DNA from: Candidatus Saccharimonadota bacterium
Lineage (GTDB): Bacteria; Patescibacteriota; Saccharimonadia; Saccharimonadales; JAGQNJ01
DNA length: 64,000 nt
Assembly: GCA_036826295.1 (NCBI GenBank)
Contig: DAISWO010000001.1
Span: 18,068 to 82,067, forward strand
Direction: 5' to 3'
Shown: piece after piece, positions 31,708 through 42,032 of the stretch
Position numbering within the stretch: position 1 is the stretch's first letter
Layout of the letters: every line of letters begins with the position of its first letter
Program-made: the position numbers and the translations under genes
The notes under the pieces: model-generated
Told to the model about the DNA's origin: nothing
Database searches by the model: none
What the model saw: only the letters and a program-made list of their open reading frames with translations

Positions 31708-33211
31708 TGTTTTCTATTATATCCTTATTCTCACCTTTTGCTAATGTCCATAACGACGCAGTAATTAACGCTAATCCAGTCAGAATCGCTACTAGCACAA
31801 TATATAATAACAACCCATTAAAGCCATTTTGGTTTAGCCCCTTAATGATTACGTTATCAACACCGCCCAGTGAAAAATCTTTTTTTACCAGCATCCAAGA
31901 CAGATTAATAATTACCAGGCATATGCCTAAACCAACTACACAAGAAACTAATAGCCCTCTTAGCTTCTTTATGCTAAGTAGCCCATAACACATCAACAGA
32001 CCGACAGGCAATAACGAAGGTATTACATAGCGGACATTCATTGCTCCGTATCCTGTGGCATGAATTATTTGTTGAATCCACAATAGTGCCACCTGAAATG
32101 AGAACATCATAACAACAAATATTTCTTTATTGTTAAGATTCCTGCGTTTTCTAAATGCCCAGACTCCGGCTAATCCAACAGAGCCAACAAAAACAATTAC
32201 CGATAGTTTTTTATTTGAAATTTGTTTACTAAAGTAAACGTCTGCAAACTTCCACGAATCCCCATACAAATTATCGGCTAGTAAAGTCCAGGTTCTAGTG
32301 TTAGAGACTACCGAACCTAGCGGTCTATACTCTCTCCCTTGGGCCTTCACCCAATCTTGAGGACCAGACCTATACCAGTTGCCACTAATTGTCTGATTTC
32401 TATGATAGAACCATCCGATACCGGATAGAACAACTACGACTATGACTATGATCGCGGTCAGACTCTGTTGCAGTCTTTTCCGAAAGTTTTTGTTTGAATG
32501 TAGCCATGTTCCAACTAACACAGCAAAAAGGCTTGGAATCATAGTCGCTAAAAAAGTTGCCCTCGAAGACATTCCAATCAAAGAAACTATCGCGAGCCCT
32601 ACTATTAATCTAGTGTTCGGGCCTTTTAATATGATGAGCCCGGAAAGTGTCATGCTTACTACCGAGGCCAAAAGCACTAGGATATCGTTCATTATTAGAG
32701 ACGATATCTTTATGAATGGCACAATCGAAATAATCAAGGCTGGAAGCGCAACAGCAAACTGAGCCTTCTTTTCTCCCCCAAAGACCCAGCCAGCCCAAGA
32801 AAGAGCAACCACTGATAATAATGCGACTAGTAGAGTTATAAATCTAGCGCTGAAAATAGCTCTGTTAAAGTGTCCTTTACTGAAATTGTAGCCTATAGTC
32901 GGTGCGATTAGAGTGTAGTACAGTGGTGGATGTTGCGATACAAATTGTACGTTCCTGCGGGGAATAAATGGCGCAAGAGTACCTTCCTTAAATTTTGGTA
33001 AGCGACCATTATATACTTGCCAGGCATAATCAATATGTCCAACAGAATCTCCACCTAAATATTTATAAGGTATAGTTGATAAATATAGTCCGCCAATAGA
33101 TACGAGACACAGGATAACTCCACTCAAACCCAATACTACCCTTCTGTCTACATTTTTGATCCAGTCCGTATTACTGATATTACTAATTCTTCGGTGGAGT
33201 CTAAATTTCAT
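31688..33211 (-). CDS. polytopic membrane protein, putative ArnT/PMT-like GT-C glycosyltransferase
   Basis: 507 aa with more than 11 TM helices. The first periplasmic loop (LGGDSVGHIDYAWQVYNGRLP) resembles the aspartate-containing loop of ArnT/PMT_2 enzymes. The family call is tentative. Confidence 0.5.
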   Translation of the reverse strand: MKFRLHRRISNISNTDWIKNVDRRVVLGLSGVILCLVSIGGLYLSTIPYKYLGGDSVGHIDYAWQVYNGRLPKFKEGTLAPFIPRRNVQFVSQHPPLYYTLIAPTIGYNFSKGHFNRAIFSARFITLLVALLSVVALSWAGWVFGGEKKAQFAVALPALIISIVPFIKISSLIMNDILVLLASVVSMTLSGLIILKGPNTRLIVGLAIVSLIGMSSRATFLATMIPSLFAVLVGTWLHSNKNFRKRLQQSLTAIIVIVVVVLSGIGWFYHRNQTISGNWYRSGPQDWVKAQGREYRPLGSVVSNTRTWTLLADNLYGDSWKFADVYFSKQISNKKLSVIVFVGSVGLAGVWAFRKRRNLNNKEIFVVMMFSFQVALLWIQQIIHATGYGAMNVRYVIPSLLPVGLLMCYGLLSIKKLRGLLVSCVVGLGICLVIINLSWMLVKKDFSLGGVDNVIIKGLNQNGFNGLLLYIVLVAILTGLALITASLWTLAKGENKDIIENIEKLTK

Positions 33212-33305
33212 TTTATCCTTTTTAAAAGTCTACTATTTATTGTATAAAGAATCTAATCATTAGCATTGACTCAATCTGTTATTTTTGTTATAGTTGATAT
33301 GTTGT

Positions 33306-33881
33306 ATGAAAAATAAAAAATATCGTTCAGGCTATAAAACTAATTCAAAAAAAACTACGATTCTTGTGGTTGTGGTGGCTTTAGTGTTGGGAGGTTTAGT
33401 TTGGTGGTTTTTGTTACGAAGTGATAATGACCAGCCTACAACACCCGCTGATGTTAGCGGAAGTAGTGAAGACGTGGTGATTAATCCTCCAAGTGAAGAT
33501 GATACCGATACTAACAATGCGGTTAAAGACGAGCTGCCGTCTCAAAACGATTCACAAACCCCTGCCTCTGCTGGTAATCCTGAGATAAATAATGTAAGTG
33601 TGGTTATTACTAATTGGGGGCAGTCCGATTCGGGTTCAAAATTCGAAGTAGGTGCGTATGCACAAATTCTTGAAGCAAGCGGGAAATGCAAATTAACTAT
33701 GAAAAAGGGCTCAACAACATTAACTGGAAGCAGCGCAGCTGTTCAGAATCCAACAACCATGAGTTGTGGAGCACTATCAGTCCCCTACGCAAAAGTATCT
33801 CCAGGGACCTGGTCGACTACAGTCCAATACATATCGTCAAAATCAACCGGCTCTACAACTAAACAAATCAAGGTAGAATAA
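33306..33881 (+). CDS. membrane-anchored Ser/Thr-rich extracellular protein (hypothetical)
   Basis: Start chosen at MKNKKY. One TM (ILVVVVALVLGGLVWWFLL), then an acidic S/T/P-rich linker and a small beta-rich domain. 5 nt upstream of the next secreted protein. Confidence 0.4.
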   Translation: MKNKKYRSGYKTNSKKTTILVVVVALVLGGLVWWFLLRSDNDQPTTPADVSGSSEDVVINPPSEDDTDTNNAVKDELPSQNDSQTPASAGNPEINNVSVVITNWGQSDSGSKFEVGAYAQILEASGKCKLTMKKGSTTLTGSSAAVQNPTTMSCGALSVPYAKVSPGTWSTTVQYISSKSTGSTTKQIKVE

Positions 33882-33885
33882 GTCT

Positions 33886-35628
33886 ATGCGTTTAAGATTG
33901 CCTAAAAGAAACTTCCTCTTAGCGTTATTCGTCCTTTTTATTACTAGTATGGTGTTTGTACAGGCACAGACAGAGACCACCGCAAGCGCATTATCTGGCA
34001 GTCAGTTTAATAGGGGTAATATAATTAGTGATTCACTATTTTACAGAGAGTCAAGCATGTCTGTATCTAGTATTCAAAGCTTCTTAAACCGTAAAGTTCC
34101 GGTTTGTGATACAAACGGTTCAGAGATGCACAGTACCGGCGTCACTCGGGCAGAATACGGACGGTCGAAAGGCGTACCCCCTCCATACCGTTGTTTAAAG
34201 TCGCGACTTTTGTCCACACAGTCAAAAAAAGCGTCTACCGGCCTGTGTAAGGCTTTATCTGCAAAAACTGGTCAGACTGCAGCGAAGATAATTTACAGTG
34301 TGTCCAAGGCTTGCGGTATAGACAGTAAGGTTTTACTGGTCATGCTTCAAAAAGAACAAGCGTTAATTACAGATGAATGGCCATGGCCGAACCAATACCG
34401 TATAGCAATGGGTTACGGATGCCCTGATACGGCGCCTTGTGATACACAATATTATGGGTTTTTTAATCAGGTTTACAATGCTGCTAGCCAAATGAAACGA
34501 TATGCCAAAAGCCCAAGCTCATTTAACTATCGATCAGGCAGAACCAATTATATTCAGTACAACCCTAACGCTTCTTGCGGCGGAAGAAATGTGTACATAG
34601 AGAATAAAGCAACTGCTGGGCTGTATAACTACACCCCTTATACACCCAACGCTGCAACCCTAGCCGCTGACTTCGGTGAGGAAGCGCCCTGTGGTGCTTA
34701 CGGTAATAAGAATTTCTGGTGGTACTACAATACATGGTTTGATAGCCCCCAAATTACTCAGAACTATTCCCTAATTGAGTGTAGTGGAGAGAAGTATTTG
34801 GTAGAGCGTTTTATAAAGATGAAAAGGCCGCTTACGGCTGACGCAATTGCAGCCTGGGGATTTGAAGAAGATGAATTTGTCGACAACAGTTATCGGTGTG
34901 TTTATACATCCTACGCAATCCCACTTAACTGGCTGGTTAGATCTAGGGCTACTAAGCAATTATACATAACCGATTCGCAGAGTCAGTGGAAACTTCAAAG
35001 TCTATCTATTGCGCGAGCTTGGGGTCTAGATGATTTATATAACAATTATTCTGCGGTTCCACAGCTTCAAGGAGCAACCCTTAAAGACTTAGCAATTTTC
35101 ACATCTACACCACGATTAACTAAGTCGGCTAATACTGGCAAGGTTTACCTCATGGACCAGGGAATTTTACACCACATAAAAGGTACGTTGACTGGTTCTG
35201 TTGACTCATCCAGCCTATCTCTAGTTCGTGGTTACGATTCAGTCCCGATGGCAACTTTCTCAGGATCACTCCTGAGTGATTTAAAAGACGCTAATAGCGC
35301 GATAGATAACTCAATTAACGCAGGATTCAGTAGCGGCGGTAAATTCTATGCATTTGATCACGGAAAGATCAGATGGATAAAGCCTAGCTACTATCCAGGA
35401 AGATGGGAGGACATCGACACATTGACAGGACCTAGCCTACACCCTGATTTTATTAGCGTATCTGTGCAGGCAGCACCTCTTGCCCACGGATTTAGAAGAG
35501 ACGGCACATATTACTACGTTGGCGCTAATGGAGAAATTACAACGTCAACAAACCAAACACAAGCCCGACAATGGGGTGGAGACACAACTCCAATAATTAC
35601 TTACTTATTGCGCAGCAAGCTCCTTTAA
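33886..35628 (+). CDS. secreted hypothetical protein (signal peptide, Cys-rich N-domain)
   Basis: Signal peptide (LLALFVLFITSMVFVQAQT) and multiple paired Cys. No catalytic motif recognised. Confidence 0.5.
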   Translation: MRLRLPKRNFLLALFVLFITSMVFVQAQTETTASALSGSQFNRGNIISDSLFYRESSMSVSSIQSFLNRKVPVCDTNGSEMHSTGVTRAEYGRSKGVPPPYRCLKSRLLSTQSKKASTGLCKALSAKTGQTAAKIIYSVSKACGIDSKVLLVMLQKEQALITDEWPWPNQYRIAMGYGCPDTAPCDTQYYGFFNQVYNAASQMKRYAKSPSSFNYRSGRTNYIQYNPNASCGGRNVYIENKATAGLYNYTPYTPNAATLAADFGEEAPCGAYGNKNFWWYYNTWFDSPQITQNYSLIECSGEKYLVERFIKMKRPLTADAIAAWGFEEDEFVDNSYRCVYTSYAIPLNWLVRSRATKQLYITDSQSQWKLQSLSIARAWGLDDLYNNYSAVPQLQGATLKDLAIFTSTPRLTKSANTGKVYLMDQGILHHIKGTLTGSVDSSSLSLVRGYDSVPMATFSGSLLSDLKDANSAIDNSINAGFSSGGKFYAFDHGKIRWIKPSYYPGRWEDIDTLTGPSLHPDFISVSVQAAPLAHGFRRDGTYYYVGANGEITTSTNQTQARQWGGDTTPIITYLLRSKLL

Positions 35629-35644
35629 GTAGGTTCCCTTTGTG

Positions 35645-37543
35645 CTATTTCACATCTAATCTTGCGCTGGCGATATCTTTCCTAAATTCTGGGTGATAAT
35701 AGGGGTCATTTTTAATTAGTGGTCTCCACCTTTTTAGCATCATTTTTATTTCTTTATCAAACTCACTCAAGTCGCGAACTTTTGATCCGGGTTGCCCGAC
35801 TGATACAGATTCATGATGATAAAGTTCAACGTGTGGTAAATAGACGTTTCTCCAACCCTTTTCAAACAGTTTTAAACACATATCGACATCGTTAAAGGCA
35901 ATCCTATATTTCTCATCAAAGCCATTTACCTTGTTAAATTTATCTGCTGATACCATTACGCAAGCTGCAGTAACTGCAGTAAGATCTCTTGTTCCGCCTA
36001 CATACGTCAACATGGCAGGATCTTGTGGCGGGTTTACAGCAAATGCAGGGTAATAATGCCCTGCTATACCTGGCGTTCCATCCAATCCACCAACACCCAA
36101 AATGATACCGCCATGCTGCAATTTGCCATCAGGATAGAGTAATTTACAGCCGACCGCACCAATATCTTTCTGCTGGGCATACCCTAACATATCCTCTACC
36201 CAGCTTGGAGTTATAACTTCTGTATCGTTATTTAAAAATAGTAGGTACTCTCCTCTTGCCTTTTTGGCACCAAAGTTACAAACCGACGCAAAGTTAAACT
36301 TCTTGGTCCATTTAATAACTCGAGAGTTTGGAATCAGTTTTTTATATTCATCGTATAACTCCCACACCTTTGGATCACTAGACCCAGTGTCGGCAACAAT
36401 AACTTCGATTTTATTATAACCAGGGTTTTTATTAATAGACTCAAGACAGCGTTTAATATAAGCGTATTGATCTTTTGTTGGAATAATTATTGAAACCTTC
36501 GGATTGTTTTTTACTTTATATCTTACCTTCCACATAGAAAACGGTATTTGCCATCTAATATCAGCATCATATCCTCGTTGCTTTATGTCATCCTCAAGTG
36601 CTTTTTTCTGATTAATATATGCATAGTTCTTCGATGATGGAGCCTGTGCTGTCGAATTGGTAGATTTTCGCCAACTGTACAATACTTTGGGTATATGGGT
36701 AATCTGACTAGTTTGTCTACTCACTCTTAAGAATAAATCCCAGTCTTGTGTGCCTTCGTAACCTTTCCGGAAACCTCCCACTTTTTCGACTAGACTCCGG
36801 CGCAAAACCGCAAAATGAGTAATATAGTTGATTGAACGAAGAAATTCTGGACTCCAGTCAGGTTTGAAGAATGGTTCAGTATGTTTTCTCCCTTCCTCAT
36901 CAATTTTGTCTTCATCGGTGTATATAAAGTCCGTGTCGGGGTTTTCGTTAAGTGATTTTACCACTTCAAACAGTGCATTCGGCCACAAAATATCATCATG
37001 ATCTAGTAATGCTATAAACTCTCCGTTTGCTATAGCTAGGGCAGAATTTGAAGCTTCGCAAATATGACCATTCTTTTGTCTCTTAACTAAGTTTATTCTT
37101 TTGTCGGTCTTACAGTACTCTTCGATTATCGCAACAACCTCTTCGTTCGTAGAAGCATCATCTGCAATACAAAGCTGCCAATTATCGTATGACTGATTCA
37201 GTACTGACGTTATGCATTCTCGAAGATGTACCGAGCTAGTATTGAATGTAGGCACTAATACACTAATCAATGGTCTATATTTAAATTTGTATTGTTGTTG
37301 CTCAATAAGCAATTTATTACTTGGGTAATGCTCTTTGAACCATTTTTTATATTCAACTTTGCGTAGATTTGCTGTATGTTTAGTAGTCATATAGCTTTCA
37401 GTGAAAATCAGTAATTTCGAATAAAAGGGTATCCGCCGAGTATATCTATTCACAAATATCTGGTGTCCGTTGATTTTCAAATATAGTAATCTCATCGATT
37501 GTGCGCGAAAAACTCTTAATATTTTATAGTCTAGGTTTATCAT
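35645..37543 (-). CDS. two-domain GT2 glycosyltransferase
   Basis: Two tandem GT-A modules, each with a DxD: ISVLVPTFNTS...CIADDAST and VSIIIPTKDQ...VIVADTGSSDP. 1-nt overlap with the upstream gene stop. Confidence 0.8.
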   Translation of the reverse strand: MINLDYKILRVFRAQSMRLLYLKINGHQIFVNRYTRRIPFYSKLLIFTESYMTTKHTANLRKVEYKKWFKEHYPSNKLLIEQQQYKFKYRPLISVLVPTFNTSSVHLRECITSVLNQSYDNWQLCIADDASTNEEVVAIIEEYCKTDKRINLVKRQKNGHICEASNSALAIANGEFIALLDHDDILWPNALFEVVKSLNENPDTDFIYTDEDKIDEEGRKHTEPFFKPDWSPEFLRSINYITHFAVLRRSLVEKVGGFRKGYEGTQDWDLFLRVSRQTSQITHIPKVLYSWRKSTNSTAQAPSSKNYAYINQKKALEDDIKQRGYDADIRWQIPFSMWKVRYKVKNNPKVSIIIPTKDQYAYIKRCLESINKNPGYNKIEVIVADTGSSDPKVWELYDEYKKLIPNSRVIKWTKKFNFASVCNFGAKKARGEYLLFLNNDTEVITPSWVEDMLGYAQQKDIGAVGCKLLYPDGKLQHGGIILGVGGLDGTPGIAGHYYPAFAVNPPQDPAMLTYVGGTRDLTAVTAACVMVSADKFNKVNGFDEKYRIAFNDVDMCLKLFEKGWRNVYLPHVELYHHESVSVGQPGSKVRDLSEFDKEIKMMLKRWRPLIKNDPYYHPEFRKDIASARLDVK

Positions 37544-38628
37544 TATATTCTGTTTTTCTTAAGAAAACTTGTTTTATTTAATGATTTTTTAACTCTGTTC
37601 CTTGCTTTCCAAACTCTTGACGACTGTATAAGCCTAAGCTGTTCTCTTGTTTCCTTGAGTTCTCTATCCTTCATGAGTAGGGTTATATTCACTTTGTGAA
37701 CTTCACTAGCTTTTTTATCACAAAGCGCCTTCAAGTTTTGAAAAACTTGATACTGTGCATTTAAGAATAGTCCGTCTTGACTGGGGATACTTTCTACTAC
37801 TTTTTCTACTAAGTGAGTATTCTGCTCTTCATCAATTCTATTTATATCATTAATTGCACTGCCTATGTGTTCATAGATTATCTTTCGATAGTTTGGGCTA
37901 TCCCCAAATAGTTTTAATAACTCTGTGAATAATTGAATGTGTTCGACGGAATATTTTTTCCAGATCTCGTCAATGTTATTAACTGAGTTCCACCAAATTC
38001 CGCCAGGGTGTCTTCTATACACGGACATGACATTATCTATAAATCCAATCTTACCATTATTTGCATGGTACAGGTGCAGATACCAATCAAGTGGCAATAT
38101 ATTTTCTGGTAAATTATCGTATTCTTGTCTACGGTACATTACCGAATTTGTTTGTATGAAATTGTTCTTTAGTAGTTCTGCTAGCGTGAAGTTATCTAGT
38201 GTTTCGTCAGGGAATATATGGTTTTTTTTAGTATTTTCGAATTCTACTTTAACTGGGTGGAAACAGAGCGAACAATCAATATGGCTGTCCAAGTAATCTA
38301 CTTGTTTTTGTAGCTTGTTCGAGTCTGTCCAATAATCATCTCCCTCACAGATAGCTAAATATTTTGCTTTTGACTTTCTCAGCACATCATATAAGTTCTT
38401 TTGAGGGCCAATATTCTGTTTTCGTAAAATCGGCTTGAACATATTTGGGTATTTTTTAGTATATTCTTGAATTATTCTAGGTGTATTGTCTTTTGAACTG
38501 TCGTCTCCAATAATAATCTCAAATCTAAAATTTGTTTTTTGTCTTACAAATCCTTCTAGTGTGCGACGAATATATTTTTCCTGATTATATGAAATCGAAA
38601 CAATACTAACCTTGGTAGTATCTCTCAT
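37543..38628 (-). CDS. GT2 glycosyltransferase
   Basis: VSIVSISYNQEKYI...IIIGDDSSKDNT...ICEGDDYWTD (GT-A fold with DxD/ED motifs). Coiled-coil C-terminus. Confidence 0.8.
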   Translation of the reverse strand: MRDTTKVSIVSISYNQEKYIRRTLEGFVRQKTNFRFEIIIGDDSSKDNTPRIIQEYTKKYPNMFKPILRKQNIGPQKNLYDVLRKSKAKYLAICEGDDYWTDSNKLQKQVDYLDSHIDCSLCFHPVKVEFENTKKNHIFPDETLDNFTLAELLKNNFIQTNSVMYRRQEYDNLPENILPLDWYLHLYHANNGKIGFIDNVMSVYRRHPGGIWWNSVNNIDEIWKKYSVEHIQLFTELLKLFGDSPNYRKIIYEHIGSAINDINRIDEEQNTHLVEKVVESIPSQDGLFLNAQYQVFQNLKALCDKKASEVHKVNITLLMKDRELKETREQLRLIQSSRVWKARNRVKKSLNKTSFLKKNRI

Positions 38629-39758
38629 AATGTTCGCTCAGACTTTTCGATTATTGATACTATATTATGTAGAACCTTCTTACTCACTTCATGATGTGCT
38701 GGAAGCGACAGCACTCTGCTACAAATGTCGTCTGTCGTGCTCAAACTCATAGCTCTTTCATATTTTTTGAATGCACTCTGCTTGTGCAGTGCAGGGTTAT
38801 AATACCGATTCGCCTCAACACCGCTTGATCTTAGTGCCCGGAATGCTCTTGAAGCCTGATTCTGATCCTTTGCTAATGCAGATACGAAACAAACAGACGA
38901 TTGATTGGTGTTATCCTGAAATACATATCCAAGAGGCGATAGCTTATCTATAAACATTTGTTGTACTTGTTGTCTTTGTGTTACAGAAGATTCGATGTTC
39001 GTAAGACGCCATAGCCCTATAGCGGCGTTAATTTCCTGTAGCTTTCCGTTGAGGCCAATATCGTTAACTTCGCGTTTATCGTTAAATCCAAAGTTCTCTA
39101 AAGATTTGAGTTTAGTAATTAGTTTTTTTGAGCGACCGACAATAGCGCCTCCCTCGCCTATACCAAATGGTTTTGTGGCATGAAACGAGAATATCTCACA
39201 ATCGCCCCTAGCCCCCAAAAGATAGCCGTCTTTATATCGTGAACCGAATCCGGCAGCCGAATCAATTACAAGAGGTAAGTTATGTTTAGTGGCTAGTTTT
39301 TCCCAGTTATCTATTTCTGGAGCTCCGACTCCAAAGACATTACAGAATATAATGCCTACTACTTCATCTGGATGATCATTGACGTATTGTTCCGCCTCAG
39401 GTAGTTTCATCTGCCATGATTTTTCGTTTATATCAACAAATACAGGCTTCAGTCCACACCACTCTATCGCTTCTGCAACTGCCGCAAAAGTAAAAGACGG
39501 TATCAAAACTTTTGTCTTAGTATCAGTCTTTCTTGGAATCATCAAGGCTTTCACAGCTAAAACTAACCCAAGTGTAGCGTTGGCAACTGTCGCTACATGG
39601 GTTTGTTGACCGATGAAATCCTCTAGTTTTTTAGAAAAATTCTGTTCTTGGGGGCCAAAGTTTGTGAACCAATTTGATTCAACTATTGTTTCGTATGCTC
39701 GACTTATTTCCCGCGCATTTGGCATTACGGGTTTGATGAATGGAATTTTAAATTTCAC
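38625..39758 (-). CDS. DegT/DnrJ/EryC1/StrS-family PLP-dependent sugar aminotransferase
   Basis: Family-typical N-terminus (IPFIKPVMPNAREI...ESNWFTNFGPQE) and an SFHATKPF region holding the lysine that binds PLP. Confidence 0.85.
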   Translation of the reverse strand: MKFKIPFIKPVMPNAREISRAYETIVESNWFTNFGPQEQNFSKKLEDFIGQQTHVATVANATLGLVLAVKALMIPRKTDTKTKVLIPSFTFAAVAEAIEWCGLKPVFVDINEKSWQMKLPEAEQYVNDHPDEVVGIIFCNVFGVGAPEIDNWEKLATKHNLPLVIDSAAGFGSRYKDGYLLGARGDCEIFSFHATKPFGIGEGGAIVGRSKKLITKLKSLENFGFNDKREVNDIGLNGKLQEINAAIGLWRLTNIESSVTQRQQVQQMFIDKLSPLGYVFQDNTNQSSVCFVSALAKDQNQASRAFRALRSSGVEANRYYNPALHKQSAFKKYERAMSLSTTDDICSRVLSLPAHHEVSKKVLHNIVSIIEKSERTL

Positions 39759-40380
39759 GCAACCAACCCTCGTTTTGACCAGTCTTGCGTGCTGGCGTAC
39801 CTACATATACAGAGTTTTCTTCCTCTATGCTATCTAGTACAACCGCGCCAGCACCAATAACCGCACCCGATGCGATATTGATATCATTACTTAATATAGC
39901 GCCGATTCCAACAAACACACCATCTCCTAATACAACATCGCCGGCGATATGAACTCCAGGACTTATAGTAACGTATTTACCTATTTCACAATTATGCGAT
40001 ACTGTTGATGCGATATTTATGATCGTGTGTTTACCGATTACAATATCCGTAGTTAGTATTGCTCCAGGGGACACTATGCAGCCCCCTCCAAACTTTACGC
40101 TAGAATCAACAATTGCGTGTGGCGACACAACATCAATATACTCATGTCCTGGCCACTTATCCACTAATTCCTTTCGAGCCCCTGGAGCACCTATTGCTGC
40201 CACTACAGGTGTGTTTCTCTCGCTTTCACTAGGGTCGGTCAAGTCGACTTGTGCATCTTCACTCAAATACACACGATCAACAGCTCTGAAAATCACTTCA
40301 CTTCCAAAACCATATGATTGTACCTCATTCGCCTGGCTTCCATTGCCAAGGATTCCAAAACTTACAGGCATTTCGCTCAT
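39748..40380 (-). CDS. PglD/NeuD-like hexapeptide-repeat sugar N-acetyltransferase
   Basis: N-terminal Rossmann-like start (FGILGNGSQANEV) and C-terminal left-handed beta-helix repeats (IGKHTIINIASTVSHNCEIGKYVTISPGVHIAGDVVLGDGVFVGIGA). Confidence 0.75.
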   Translation of the reverse strand: MSEMPVSFGILGNGSQANEVQSYGFGSEVIFRAVDRVYLSEDAQVDLTDPSESERNTPVVAAIGAPGARKELVDKWPGHEYIDVVSPHAIVDSSVKFGGGCIVSPGAILTTDIVIGKHTIINIASTVSHNCEIGKYVTISPGVHIAGDVVLGDGVFVGIGAILSNDINIASGAVIGAGAVVLDSIEEENSVYVGTPARKTGQNEGWLREI

Positions 40381-40383
40381 CGT

Positions 40384-41127
40384 CTATTCTCCTTTACTTA
40401 CTACATATAACCTAGACTTAAAAGTTATTCCGTTTTTCAAAAAATCTATGACACCAAGATTCCAAAACCTATATACCTTAACCCTAAACCCTGCTTTTTT
40501 TATTCTATTAATGAACTCTTTTCTTTCATATAATCTAACATGATCATCCTGGGCAAACCTGCGTATACGTTCTTTTTTATTAGTAACCGATACGCCTTCG
40601 TCTTGAATACCGACCTTATTAATGATGGGTGTCATTAATATTCCGCGACCATTGGGTTTTAAAACCCTATTTAACTCAGACATTGCTTTTTGATCGTCGT
40701 TTACATGCTCTAGTACGTGTGAACATATAAAAAAGTCGAACATATTATCCTTGTATCCTGACATATTTGTAATATCTACCTTGTCATCAACGCCCTTTGC
40801 GTAAAGATCTGCGGATCTATAATAATTTGACAGGCCTCGTAAGTAACCCTCTAGTCGGGCTGGGGGGGCAAAATCTAGTATCTTTGTTTTTTTTGTTATG
40901 TTTTCGAATTTATCAATATAGAGTTTATACATCCGATCGCGGTCTGACGAAGAACAATTTGGACACGAATATGTCTTATAGCTAAGAGTTTCGAAATCAG
41001 CAAGGCTAAAAGGAAAGCCTTCTTCGCGTAAGGTTTTTCCTAGTCCATCTTCAATTGACTGAAATTCGACTTTTTCATCACACAAATTGCAACGACGCAA
41101 AGCTCGGATTGGATTGATTTTTACCAT
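40384..41127 (-). CDS. class I SAM-dependent methyltransferase with N-terminal Cys4 zinc ribbon
   Basis: Motif I ILDFAPPARLE and a post-I region FDFFICSHVLEHVNDDQKAMSELNRVLKPNGRGIL (Methyltransf_11-like). The N-terminus has CNLCDEK...CPNCSS. Confidence 0.75.
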   Translation of the reverse strand: MVKINPIRALRRCNLCDEKVEFQSIEDGLGKTLREEGFPFSLADFETLSYKTYSCPNCSSSDRDRMYKLYIDKFENITKKTKILDFAPPARLEGYLRGLSNYYRSADLYAKGVDDKVDITNMSGYKDNMFDFFICSHVLEHVNDDQKAMSELNRVLKPNGRGILMTPIINKVGIQDEGVSVTNKKERIRRFAQDDHVRLYERKEFINRIKKAGFRVKVYRFWNLGVIDFLKNGITFKSRLYVVSKGE

Positions 41128-41252
41128 AAATATATTGTACAGCCTTTTCCAACTATAAATCTACAAATAGATAGTATTACGACTAAATCTCGTTCTAGTT
41201 TATTACATGTATGTTTTATTAGAAGTTGGTAGTGTGTAGAATATTAAGAAGG

Positions 41253-42026
41253 ATGTTTGGAAAAAGAAAAAAACAAGATAAAATTCCTTGCTATGTTCTA
41301 GTTTTCGACCAAATAGACATAATAAGAAAGTCCTTGGACTTTCTAGTAAGGTTTACCGATAAACTTGATATTATTGTTATTGAGAATCCTAGTCCTAACA
41401 CACCAAAAATTCGCAATATAATTGATACCCTAGGCCACAATAAGCTACTGAAACAATATTATTTATTCGAAAAAAACATCACCAATAACGCATACGACAT
41501 CGTTCTCTCTAAGGATATTTCAAAAATTAGAAAACACAATTATGTAATGTTCACTGATGGTGATCTAACATGTGACAACGATAATTGGCTAACTGAAGAA
41601 ACTGGTATCTTAGAATATAATAATGACGTGTTTGCGTGCGGAATTTCTTTGGAAAAATCAAACCTTCCATTAAAGTCTTTTCCTGACGCAAAAAATTGGA
41701 TACCTAAAGATATTGATGAAAAGGATGACTATTTTGAAGCATTCACAGGTGGTCACCTTTTACTTTTCAGAGGAAAAGAATTTGCCTCATTTCTTGAATG
41801 GAAAAAGTTAAACAAGCAGGTGTTTATTGATAGTGTTATGCACAAATATTGTCATGAAAACCTAAGTAAAAAATGGGCAAGAACAAAGCATGCGGAGGCT
41901 TATCACCATACTTGGGATCTTTATAAATACAAGGATAACCCCTATACGAAACTAAAAATTAAAAAAGGATTCGAAAACACCTGGAAACATAACGATACCG
42001 CCAACTACGTCTTAAAAAATTACTAG
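41253..42026 (+). CDS. hypothetical protein (possible glycosyltransferase-like fold)
   Basis: ORF of about 260 aa with VIENPS and DGD motifs. Start ambiguous (TTG 41226 or ATG 41253). No confident family. Confidence 0.35.
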   Translation: MFGKRKKQDKIPCYVLVFDQIDIIRKSLDFLVRFTDKLDIIVIENPSPNTPKIRNIIDTLGHNKLLKQYYLFEKNITNNAYDIVLSKDISKIRKHNYVMFTDGDLTCDNDNWLTEETGILEYNNDVFACGISLEKSNLPLKSFPDAKNWIPKDIDEKDDYFEAFTGGHLLLFRGKEFASFLEWKKLNKQVFIDSVMHKYCHENLSKKWARTKHAEAYHHTWDLYKYKDNPYTKLKIKKGFENTWKHNDTANYVLKNY

Positions 42027-42032
42027 TACCAC

